The notes under the pieces were generated by a model. It was not told the origin of the DNA. It saw only the letters and a program-made list of their open reading frames with translations, and searched no databases. DNA of 64,000 bases from Octopus sinensis (Eukaryota): contig NC_042997.1 of NCBI RefSeq assembly GCF_006345805.1, positions 194,742,001 to 194,806,000 on the forward strand, in the 5' to 3' direction. A program made the translations under genes and the position numbers. Shown in pieces: positions 52,750 through 64,000 of the stretch. Each line of letters begins with the position of its first letter. Within the stretch, counting starts at the first letter, position 1.

Positions 52750-53365
52750 TACAGAGATCATATAATGAACTAAAACCATGAAGGCATGGCCCAAGAATGG
52801 TCACAATCTAATGACTGAAACCAGTAAAAGAATAAAAGTGTATATCTGTGTATGTGTGTATATACACACATGCGCACACACACAAACACATACATATATT
52901 ACATTATATTATATCATATTATATTATTTATATATATATATATATACACACACAAAATCATAGGGGGGTCTTCTCATTGATTGAATCTAAAGCAAAAACA
53001 TGCTTGAAGCATATACAGTCAAGCTGATCATGCCCAATAAAAGGCATTTTTGTCATCTGAAGGGACCAAATACATCTCACCTGCTTCATACACTACACCT
53101 GCCTCTCTCTTCCTCATCCACTCCTGCAACTAACCCAACATCATGTTGTCTCTCTTTCATCCTTCTCCTATCTACTGTATCATATCATTACTTTTCTGCT
53201 ACCCCCACTCACTCCTGATCCCTGTCCCACCCATACCGTATACCTTGAACGTACACCCTGACACCTCATCACCACTATTTTTATCACGTTTCAGATCCAC
53301 AGATTATTTCCCCTTTCTTCAAAAACGTTAAGTAGCCTTCTAGCTCCTCTACAGCAAGAAACCTG

Positions 53366-53959
53366 GGATCTTTACCTTTTGACCGACAGATTTAAAAAAT
53401 AACTTTTTGTAACTAAACACTAGAATGTGTCATATAAAACATCTTTTACTCTTAGCATTTTGAGAAAAACTTATATTTAGGAAGTTATTTCACCTTAAAG
53501 TTGTAGTATTTTGGTAATTTCAACCAATCAATGACGTGTATTCAGCTGAATAAAATTACTGCCGTTGTTTGTCAACAACTATTGGCAGTGTGTTTTTGTA
53601 ACTGTTATTTATGACATCATTCGTTCGTTTGTACTGGTTTTAAGGTTAAGGCTTTAGGATTAGGTTTAGGGTTAGGGTTGTCATAAATAACAGTGACAAA
53701 CAAAACATCCACCACTGGAAGTTCTTGTTGACAAACAATGGCAGTAATTTTATTCAGCTGAATACATGTCATTGATTGGTTGAAATTACCGAAATAAGGC
53801 ATACTTTAACGTGAAATAACTTCCTAAATATAAGTTTTTCTCAAAAATGCTAAGAGTAAAAGATGTTTTATATGACACATTCCACCAGTGTCCGAAGTTT
53901 GGAAGTGTTTAGTTACAAAAAATTATTTTTTAAATCTGTAGGTCAAAAGGTAAAGATCC
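53366..53959. mobile_element. Foldback-type element with about 250-bp inverted arms
   Basis: 53366-53616 pairs with 53679-53959. The 62-nt spacer contains TTAGG/TTAGGG-like repeats. Confidence 0.85.
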
Positions 53960-56199
53960 AGAAACCCATTCTACTCTGGCCCTTTTCTCTTATACTTTAT
54001 CCCATTTTACTCCTCGTTTTCAGGGTTCATTTTCTAGCAAACTGCATGGTGACCTCCCTAGTGCTGATGGCATGAAAAAGGCATCCAGGACACTCTGTAA
54101 AATGGTTGACATTAAGAATGGCATCCAGCCTCTGAAATTATTCCAAAGCAGACACTGGAAACACAATGTAGTCCTTGGGCCCAGTGGATCTTGTCAAACC
54201 ATCCAACTCATGCCAGTATGGAACATGGACATAGTTAGTATCCAATTACATCTCTTTACATCAATTTGATTTCAAATTCCGGTGAGACTAAATATGCCTT
54301 CCATCTTTCTGGGGTCAAAAATGAAATATCACTGGAATCAATTTGACTTACGCCTCACCACAAATAATGACCTTGGGCCTATATTAGAATCAATTCTATT
54401 ATCAGCATTCACTCACTCAACTCCCAAAATACTAGCTATGAGATTAAATGGTCCATTCTGGCTACAGCCTGATCCTACAGAGGTGATAGGTAAATTTCTA
54501 AGCTCTGCTTCAGTGAAGCTTTAGAAATTCTTTTTTACTGAAAGGAAAAGATCCTTAATAAACGCAATAGGATTATCATAATTGTAAAGATAGATTAAGA
54601 TTTATCTTCTGTAACTTTCTGAAAGAGAGCAGATAACCCTACTGGATTTATTTTATGGTATCTTGTTCACATTTTTCTCTCTCACTTTACATTCTTCTTT
54701 TGCTCAACTGTTTTCTTTGCTTTTTCTTAGATTTTATTATTATTTCTATTTTCCATTTTTTAATTGTACTTTTATATTCTTTACTCTTTTACTTGTTTCA
54801 GTCATTTGACTGCGGCCATGCTAGAGCACCGCCTTTAGTAGAGCAAATCAACCCCAGGACTTATTCTTTGTAAGCTTAGTACTTATTCTATCGGTCTCTT
54901 CTGCCGAACCGTTAAGTTACGGGGACATAAACACACCAGCATTGGTGATGTTGGGGGGACAAACACAGACACACACATACATATATATACAACAGGCTTC
55001 TTTCAGTTTCCGTCTACCAAATCAACTCACAAGGCTTTGGTTGGCTCGAGGCTATAGTAAAAGGCACTTGCCCAAGGTGCCACACAGTGGGACTGAACCC
55101 AGAACCATGTGGTTGGTAACCAAGCTACTTACCACACAGCCACTCCTGCACCTACTGTCTGCAGTTCAAGAACTTGGACCTGGAGATCTCCATTTCCAGG
55201 GACTTTGAGGGCCACCTCCCAGTGGTGTCGGGTGTCAACGAAGAGCCCTCGACTACAAGACGACCAACGTTTTATTTTCCCCAAGGTCTGGGGTCTCCCA
55301 CCCCTAAGCTCTAGACCATCATCTAATCACCCTTACCTGTCTTGTTGCTTAACAACAACAACAATAACAGCACCTACTGTCTCACCTTTACTGGAAACAT
55401 GATTTCATATTTCATCAGAGAGAATATATCAATGTGACTGTATGTTTATTTGTATAGGTATCTGTGTGTAACATCTACATCTATTGCTTACATCCCTGTC
55501 GACCTCACCTTTTGGCCATTCCTGGAGCTAAGTCACTGTATCCGCAACCGCAGCCAAATACATGCCAATTCATATTACTGTCTCTATGGCAACAATCACT
55601 CCTCTTCTCCCTCACTTTCTTTCATTCTCATCCCTTTCTGCCATTTATTCCCCCTCCTGCCTCAACTATCATTTATATGCCCCCATGATTCTTTTGTATT
55701 CCTCAAGATTTTCTTGGAATTTCACTTCATCTTTCTCTCCACCTACACCATACTGAATCATTTATTTATGTTTATATTTAAATTTAAAATGAGGGTGAGA
55801 AATTAGATATTAATTTAATGAACATTGATTTCACACCAGTGGTCTAGCATATAAAAAAGACTGAAGGCTCAGTAAAATTGTGTTATATACATATGAAAGT
55901 GATAACCACTATGTGGACACCCTTATGCTAGAAATAGATCCACTATGGTCTTACCACTAAGAAACGTTCTCAAGAAAAATTTAGCAAAACAACCAAAACA
56001 TAATCGAGCAAGACAAAAGAAAAAGCAATAAAAAATATGGATTATTCGCATACATGTTTCACTATTAACATATTATGTAATTTATATATGTTTATATTTA
56101 TCTATTTGCCTATTTAGTTGATTCCTTGACTCTTCTCCCTTTGATCCTGTTCTGTCTCCTCCCACTCTCTCTCAAATCTATTCCTTTTTCTCTTTACAG

Positions 56200-56620
56200 T
56201 TCTGGTGCCACAGACATGTGATTCGAATGTTGCAGGAAAGAATCACAAAATGGATTCTTCAAGCTGATCCAACTGACAGGAAACCAAGGGGTAGACTAAG
56301 GATGAAATGGGTGAATTTCATGGTGAGCTGGCAGAAACATTAGCACGCCGGGCGAAATGCTTGGCAGATATTTCGTCTGCCGCGACGTTCTGAGTTCAAA
56401 TTCCGCCGAGGTCGACTTTGCCTTTCATCCTTTCGGGGTCGATTAAATAAGTACCAGTTACACTCTGGGGTCAATATAATCGACTTAATCCGTTTGTCTC
56501 TCCTTGTTTGTCCTCTCTGTGTTTAGCCCCTTGTAGGTAGTAAAGAAATAGAAATGGGTGAATGATATCCATAGATTCAGATGGTCGTGCTTGGGAACCC
56601 AGTCACGAAGTAAAATGACT
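56200..56620 (+). mobile_element. RTE-like LINE 3' remnant interrupted by a family C SINE (56317-56550)
   Basis: RKPRGRLRMKW-like frame. 13-bp TSD GAAATGGGTGAAT at 56304-56316 and 56551-56563. Confidence 0.65.
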
Positions 56621-58650
56621 GTTGCTTCGATTAGAACCCCTTTTGGAGGTGGCTGAGGACCCTACCCCTACAACCCTCCTAAGAATAGCAGGCAGAAAAG
56701 ACAGATGGATGGATATATTTCTGACTCTCTCAATCATCTTTAACTTTATATGATAAAACAAGATCAAGAACATTCAATGACATATCAACACCATCACCAG
56801 CAAAACATCAAACCATCACCACCAAAATACCACCAACTCACCACCACTCCTAACATATCCAGTCCATATCCAGCCATCAACACCACTAATGTATTACTCA
56901 AATACAAATACATTCTTCTCACCCCAACCCAACTCCCATACTGTCAACATTCAATAGAAATTATTTAATTAAACAACAAATTTAAAACACCATTATTTTA
57001 TTTCCAAATTAATATATTTATGATTCAAGTCTTGTAAGTTTGCCAAAATTGTGTTCACCAAAATGAAATCTATATTTTTACATCATCATCATCATCATCA
57101 TCATCATCAGTATAATTATAATCAGTCAGTATCTTCAGGTGCCCTATAGAAATTATTTTTAATTAGAGGAACCAGACAAACGGTCCAAGTGGATAAATAA
57201 ACTTTCTAAAGCAGCTGTATCCACTTAGCCCAAGGATCAGCAAATTTATTTTGTAATGAGCCACTGTTGCCTAGAGAGCCCTCATCATTCTCATCATCAT
57301 CATTCTCATCTAATGTCCATTTTCCATGCTGACATGGGTTGGATGGTTTGACAGGAGCTGGTAAGGCCAGGAGCTGTACCAGGTTCCATAGTCTATTTTG
57401 ATTTGGTTTCTACAGTTTGATGCCCTTCCTAATGCCAATTACTCCACAGAGCGTACTGGGTGTTTTTCATGTGGCACCATCACTAGTGCTTTTTATGTGG
57501 TGCCAGCACCAGTGCTATTTGTTGATGCCTAAACCATTTGTTACATATGAAAATATACCCACTGTATCATTTTGTGCTTCCATCATCAACAGTGCAAAAG
57601 TTGAAGAAAAATTAAAACATATCCTAACACAAAAGCCTATCTAGGACTCATCAACTGCTCAAAGGCTCACAAATTCATTAAATTTTTTAAAATTTACAGA
57701 AACTATTCAAGGCTCATAGAAAATGTCTCAGTAATCCAATTATGGACTATAGGTTCCATTTTTGCTGACCTCTGGTGTAATCCAATACAATATCTTTGAC
57801 TAAAGAGTGTTGTAAACTTACTTAAAGTATTGCAATGTAAGTAACTGAGAGATTTGCAAGAGCCTGTGAAAAATGCATGTGAGAAGTTAAGCAAACGTCA
57901 ATGAATACAAATAGAGAAAAGATACTATTTTAGCTTACACTGATTGTTTACTGATCCTAAATATTTTGGGAAAGAATTACTGTTTGAAATAGAAAGGAAA
58001 AAATAATCAAATGTTTCTCTGATCTCTTTGATTTATTTTCTTTCTTCTCATTGAAAAGGAGAAGTTTTCCCAAAATATTATAGGATTATAAAACAACTAT
58101 ATAAGCTAATACAATCTCTTTCTCTTTTTGTTTACATTCCTTGACATCACCTTACATATTTCCTTTAACTCTTGACCTGCAATTGTTTTTTTTTTTTTAA
58201 ACATTTGTCTCAGTTACAATATCTTTTGATTCACATTTGTACATACTTAAAGAAATGACAGTAGTAGAAGATGGCTGGATTAGACACTAATACCTTAGTG
58301 GAACTGATGTACAGCTCATGTGAAACCAGTGATTAGACCAGGTAGAACTAATGACCAGGTCAAGCATATTTAGCAGCCAAACCAAGTAGAAGTGCTGCTT
58401 ATTTTCCAGCCAGATGTACTGAAGCATACCAGATAGTATTCAAATCATTATAAGTCTGTGTTTAATACTGTTTTCTTTGCTGCATAATTTTGTTCTGGTT
58501 AACATTTCAGCATTAAAAATGTTAACACTAACTCAATTAGAATAAGGTTTGCCTGTGGTTAAGATTTGAACTCATGTTCTTTACAACAGCAGTCAAAACT
58601 GCTCAGAGCCACCCCAATCTTTATAAATTATAGTTTCGAAGACGTCTTAC

Positions 58651-58915
58651 ATGGAATATTTTACGATCCAACTTCCCTGGGAAAGGTGTGCTTGTCGCCA
58701 TTTTATAGCCATTTCCTAACATCACATCTTCATCAACAGACACTTCGTTCTCTTTGGCAGCATTCTGTTCACTGGAACCATTTTGGGTGTTGCCCTCATC
58801 TTCTGCCCTATCATCATCATCATCAGTTTTACCTTTCCATCGCCATGGTGATTTTTCCAAATTCTCATAAGACATCGGTCTTTGTATATCAAGCGACACT
58901 TTGTATTTACTGTTT
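58651..58915 (-). CDS. Probable upstream exon of the RhoGEF gene (acidic low-complexity linker)
   Basis: Acceptor ccattttcAG, donor CAT|gtaaga (phase 2-0, compatible with the exon starting at 50884). Open frame NSKYKVSLDIQRPMSYENLEKSPW...DDDDDRAEDE...ATSTPFPGKLDRKIFH in non-repeat DNA. The donor choice is uncertain. Confidence 0.5.
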
Positions 58916-59075
58916 CTGAAAATGGAGTACAAAACAGAGTACAAAACAAAGAAAGTACAAATAATGGGTTTAAGAATATATTAGAAATAGTGGTTTCTAG
59001 ATTTCTGTGGTTTCTAGCATAGTGTGGGTTTTGGCTATCTTGTATGGTGGTTAAATTGGCCATTCTTTTCCTTAA

Positions 59076-59296
59076 CCCTTTAGCATTTAAACCGGCCATA
59101 TCCGGCCAAAAGTATTCTGCCTGTTTTATGTCCAAACTGGCCAGATCTGGTCTCTCACACCAACCCTACAATATCATCTTAAAAATTAACAGCTACCTCA
59201 TCAAAATCTCATCGCTACAAGATAATGCATGATTAGTTCAAAACAATGTGGATAAAAAAGGATTAATTTTGGCAGAATAATGCAAACACAAAAGGG
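59076..59296. mobile_element. piggyBac-like MITE, CCCTTTAGCAT family
   Basis: TTAA|CCCTTTAGCATT ... AAAGGG|TTAA; one TIR is degenerate. Confidence 0.65.
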
Positions 59297-59450
59297 TTAA
59301 ATGTAACATTGCTTCAACTACAGCAAACACAAATATATAAAGTAACCACCTAATGCAGTACACTCAGCCTATACCATGCCACTGGTCCCAACAGTCTCGC
59401 TCTTTGTATATTTAGGAGTGTTATCTAATCCACCTTTCTTTATTAAGACA

Positions 59451-59842
59451 CTAGCAGTATCGCCCGGCGTTGCTCGGGTTTGTTTCGACCCTTTAGTATT
59501 AGAATTTTTGAAAAGTAAAAATTTTGCATTATGTAACTTGTTATTCTCTTTAAGTGAACATTTTTCTGGTTGAAATACACCGAAAAATGGCAACACAGCA
59601 GTCAAAAAATCGTAAAAAATAGGGATTTTCATAGAAAAAAAGCACCTTTTTTATGTAAATAACTTTTGGTGTTAACATGGTTCAATTTGAATTTTTTCTT
59701 CTTAGGAATGACGAGAAAACCTTCTTCTATCATACTCTCAATTTTGGTCAACTGGCGCCTCAGGGTCTCAGAGGAGATTGTGTTAGTTGAAGGCTACCAA
59801 ACCTGCCATACACAGACAACTTCAGCTTTATATATAGAGAGA
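59451..59842 (-). mobile_element. Non-autonomous Helitron, family 2
   Basis: Second full-length copy of 37436-37826 with the same termini. Confidence 0.75.
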
Positions 59843-60295
59843 TTAGGCTATAATTTAACAGATTTAGACTGATACTTCTTGCAGGTCAAGCAACCATGTA
59901 GAAACTTCCACCTTGGAATCTGAATAGCAGCCATGGCACACAGACAGTTCAGAGAAATGTGAACTTGTAAAGCAGCAACAGATGAGAGATGGAAGTGATA
60001 CAGTTTGATGTTGGTCTGGTAATTGTAAGTTTTTGAAAAGGAATATTTTACCATTCAAATAGACAGCTTTATTCAATTTACAATGTTTTGTGTATACAAC
60101 ATTGATACTATCACAAGAATGAGAGTAATACTTAAATGGTTATAAATTCAACAACTATTGGAAACTGAAACAGTTTTAGATTCTGAAGAGAAAGCCAAAC
60201 CCATGGGATAGAGTTTGGGCTGTATGTTAGGGTATAGATACTTAGCTGCCATGAAAGCTTATTAAACAACATGGTGCCAAGGTTTCATTTCTGTG

Positions 60296-60328
<33 letters not shown>

Positions 60329-60487
60329 GTTTAACGTCTGCTTTCCATGCTAGCATGGGTTGGACGGTTCAACTGGGGTCTGGGAAGCCCGAAGGCTGCA
60401 CCAGGCCAGTCAGATCTGGCAGTGTTTCTACAGCTGGATGCCCTTCCTAACGCCAACCACTCCGAGAGTGTAGTGGGTGATTTTATG

Positions 60488-61396
60488 TGCCACCGACACA
60501 GGTGCCAGACGAGGCTGGCGAACGGCCACGCTCGGATGGTGTTTTTTATGTGCCACCGAGACGGGGCTGGTGAACGGCCACGCTCGGATGGTGTTTTTTA
60601 TGTGCCACCGACACAGGTGCCAGATGAGGCTGGTGAACGGCCACACTCGGATGGTGTTTTTTATGTGCCACCGAGACGGGGCTGGTGAACGGCCACGCTC
60701 GGATGGTGTTTTTTATGTGCCACCGACACAGGTGCCAGATGAGGCTGGCGAACGGCCACGCTCGGATGGTGTTTTTTATGTGCCACCGAGACGGGGCTGG
60801 TGAACGGCCACGCTCGGATGGTGTTTTTTATGTGCCACCGACACAGGTGCCAGATGAGGCTGGTGAACGGCCACACTCGGATGGTGTTTTTTATGTGCCA
60901 CCGAGACGGGGCTGGTGAACGGCCACGCTCGGATGGTGTTTTTTATGTGCCACCGACACAGGTGCCAGATGAGGCTGGCGAACGGCCACGCTCGGATGGT
61001 GTTTTTTATGTGCCACCGAGACGGGGCTGGTGAACGGCCACGCTCGGATGGTTTTTTATGTGCCACGACACAGGTGCCAGATGAGGCTGGTGAACGGCCA
61101 CACTCGGATGGTGTTTTTTATGTGCCACCGAGACGGGGCTGGTGAACGGCCACGCTCGGATGGTGTTTTTTATGTGCCACCGACACAGGTGCCAGATGAG
61201 GCTGGCGAACGGCCACGCTCGGATGGTGTTTTTTATGTGCCACCGAGACGGGGCTGGTGAACGGCCACGCTCGGATGGTGTTTTTTATGTGCCACCGACA
61301 CAGGTGCCAGATGAGGCTGGTGAACGGCCACACTCGGATGGTGTTTTTTATGTGCCACCGACACAGGTGCCAGACGAGGCTGGCGAACGGCCACGC
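60488..61396. repeat. 115-bp (63+52) minisatellite with a 230-bp higher-order period, inside a family B SINE
   Basis: About 8 near-identical units. Diagnostic variants GGCGAAC..CACGC and GGTGAAC..CACAC alternate strictly. Confidence 0.95.
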
Positions 61397-63846
61397 TTTC
61401 CTTTCTATAATGGCTTCAACTCAATGACACTACTTCCTACTTGGAATTTGAACAGTAGGTATGGCACACAGGCAGTTCAGAGAAATGTGAACTTATAAAG
61501 CAACAACAAATGAGAGATGGAAGTGATACAGTTTGATGTTGGTCTGGTAATTGTAACTTCTTGAAAAGGAATGTTTTACCATTCAAATAGACAGCTTTAT
61601 TCAATTTACAATGTTTTGTGTATACAACACTGACACTATCCCAACAGTGAAGTTTTGTAGAAAACCAGTCCAAAATACTCCATTCAGAAGTTCCTGAAAT
61701 CAACAGGATCAACAAGAATTATATTTCGTTTGAATTTCTAAGAAGAATTATCATTATATTCTAATATAAGGGCAGTGAGCTGGCAGAATTAGTAACTCTT
61801 TGACAAAATACTTTGTGAAATTTTGCACTGACCCCTTGACTACTTTCCTCTCTCTGGAGTCAACACAAAGTACCAGTCAAGCAGAGGGGTCGTCAATTTA
61901 ATTGACTAATCCCTTCCTGCCAAAGCTGCTGATCTTGTACCTAAATTGTAATATAACCTAATAAGACTATGTAAGTTTGAAAACATCAAAATATAATGAA
62001 GAGTTTTATGTAATGAGAGAAAATTAAGTACATTATTTAACATCTATTGCCAGTGTCACCTGACTGGCACTGTGACAGTGACACATAAAAAGTGCCATTC
62101 GAGCATGGCCAATGCCAATGGCATGTAAAGGCACCCACTACACTCCTAGACTCGTTGGTGTTAGGAAGAGCATCCAGCTGTAGAAACCTTGCCAAATCAG
62201 ATTAGAGCTGGTGCAGCCTCCTAGCTTGCCAGTCCTCAGTCAAACCGTCCAACCCATGCCATCATGGAAAGCAGATATTAAACAGTGATGATGATGATGA
62301 TGTCTATGCTGGCATGGGTCAGACAGTTTGACCAAGGCTACACCCAACTCCAATCTGATTTGCCAGGGTCTCTACAGCTGGATGCCCTTCCTAAGGCCAA
62401 CCACTCCAAGAGTGTAATGAGTGCTTTTATGTGCCGCCAGTAAGGGTGCCAGATGCGTGACACCAGTATCTGCCACGACTACAATTTCACTTTGCTTGAT
62501 TAGTCTTCTTCTCAAGCACAGCATATTGCCAAAAGTTTCGGTCATTTGTCATTGCCTCCCTGAGGCCCAACGCTTGAAAGGTGCTTTTTATGTGCCACCA
62601 ACACTATTATCATCCACATTGCCTCCAAAATTTATACCATTCAAAAATTTAAAACAAAAATGAGGTGGTGGGGACATTGTTAAAAGAGGAAACTTTCAAA
62701 AATCTACACAAGGCACAGGTGTAGCTGTAAGGTGCAGGAATAGTTGTGTTGTTCCAGGTTCAATCCCACTGTGTGGCACTTTGGGGAAGTGTCTTCTACT
62801 AGAGTCTCAGGCAGACAAATGTCTTGTGAGTGAATTTGGTAGATGAAAACTGAAAGAAGCCCATAGTGAATATGTTTATGTTTGAGTCCATGTCTGTCCC
62901 CCTCCACCACCACCACTACCAGACAATCAATGTTGACACATTTACATCTCTGTAACTTAGCAATTTGCCAAAACAGACCAATAGAATATGTACCAGGATT
63001 TTAAAAAAACTAAGTACTGAGGTCAATTCATTTGACTAAATATTCTTCAAGGTGGTGCCCCAGCATGGCCACAGTCTAATGACTGAAACAAGTGAAATAT
63101 AAAAGATAAAAGACATTCAAAATTAGGAATTGTGACTAATTGCAGTGAACGTGATGACAAAACAGCAGTCAAAAATATTTCAGTTTGTAAATCAAACTAC
63201 AGTAATCTAATCAATTGTAACCCATAATGGTAAGAATATCATCATCATCATTGTCATTTAATGTCTGCTTTCCATGCTAGCATGGGTTGGACGGTTTGAA
63301 TGTGGGCTGGCGAACCAGATGACTGCACCAGGCTCCAGTCTTGATCTGGCAGAGTTTCTACAGCTGGATACACTTCCTAACGCCAACTGCTCCGAGAGTG
63401 TAGTGGGTGCTTTTACGTGCCACCGGCATGGGGGCCAGTCAGGCGGTACTGGCAATGACTGAATTTTTTTACACATGCCAACGGCACAGGTGCCAGTAGG
63501 GCGATGCTGGTAACGATCCCGCTCGGATGGTGCTCTTAGCACCCTACTAGCACGGAGCAGAAGTGCCAGTAAGGCGAAGCTGGCAACAATCACACTCGAA
63601 TGGTGTCTTTTATGTGCCACTGGCACAGAAGCCGGTTAGCCGCTCTGTCAATGATCACGCTCGTATGGTGCTCAGCCTGTCATTGAATTTCACTGATTTT
63701 GAATTTCACTGATTTTGAATATCTCATGATTAAATATCTCTGTCAGAAACAGTTGAATACAGCAAACCCCACTCCCTTACTTGTTCACTCCTTTACCGTC
63801 TGTTTGCTTGCAAGGATTAGATGGAGACATACTCAAGACAGATTAA

Positions 63847-64000
63847 CCCTTTTGTTACTGTATTTATTTTGAGATGCTCTGTGTTTCTTTCAATTACTTT
63901 AAATATAACAAAGAATTTAGTAAAATAACTTAATTATCATTAAGCTACTGTTAGGAACATAAATTGTGACTAAGGTTTGGTGGAAGATTTTAATTCAAAA
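63847..64000. mobile_element. piggyBac-like MITE, truncated by the window end
   Basis: TTAA|CCCTTTTGTTACT followed by the same body as 48300-48521. Confidence 0.7.

Noticed and set aside
53640-53678. TTAGGG-like repeats as a telomere or interstitial telomeric array
   Set aside because: There are only about two exact units, and they form the spacer of a foldback element.
57822-57863. 42-nt segment with a good acceptor and gtaagt donor on the minus strand
   Set aside because: In phase 0, as the flanking exons need, it ends in TAA. No consistent path could be built, so RNA data are needed.
60347-61498. Many overlapping repeated ORFs, and a superficially CRISPR-like periodic array
   Set aside because: It is a tandem minisatellite with no unique spacers and no cas genes, in a eukaryotic context.

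Overview
Repeat-dense, AT-rich, intron-rich eukaryotic DNA. The SINE and microsatellite landscape looks like an Octopus (coleoid cephalopod) genome; this is inferred from repeat style, not from a search. Two convergent spliced genes were reconstructed by hand from GT-AG sites and reading-frame phase. (1) A + strand small RGS-domain gene has three clear coding exons (15112-15240, 18459-18625, 21065-21229); its first coding exon is unresolved. (2) A - strand DH-PH RhoGEF has nine phase-consistent exons from 50884 down to the stop at 32110, plus a probable upstream exon near 58.7-58.9 kb; its 5' end is unresolved. The rest is mostly four tRNA-derived or LINE-tailed SINE families, RTE and R4/Dong-type LINE fragments, TTAA-flanked piggyBac-like MITEs, hAT MITEs, non-autonomous Helitrons, three long palindromes and several minisatellites. 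The most unusual element is a tRNA-headed SINE-like unit (51252-51528, -) whose tail carries a minimal, dimer-type hammerhead ribozyme of the kind known from Penelope-like retroelements. A second hammerhead relic lies at 12-57. Almost all ORFs in the supplied track are microsatellite or SINE artefacts. Repeat boundaries are approximate unless TSDs or termini are quoted.
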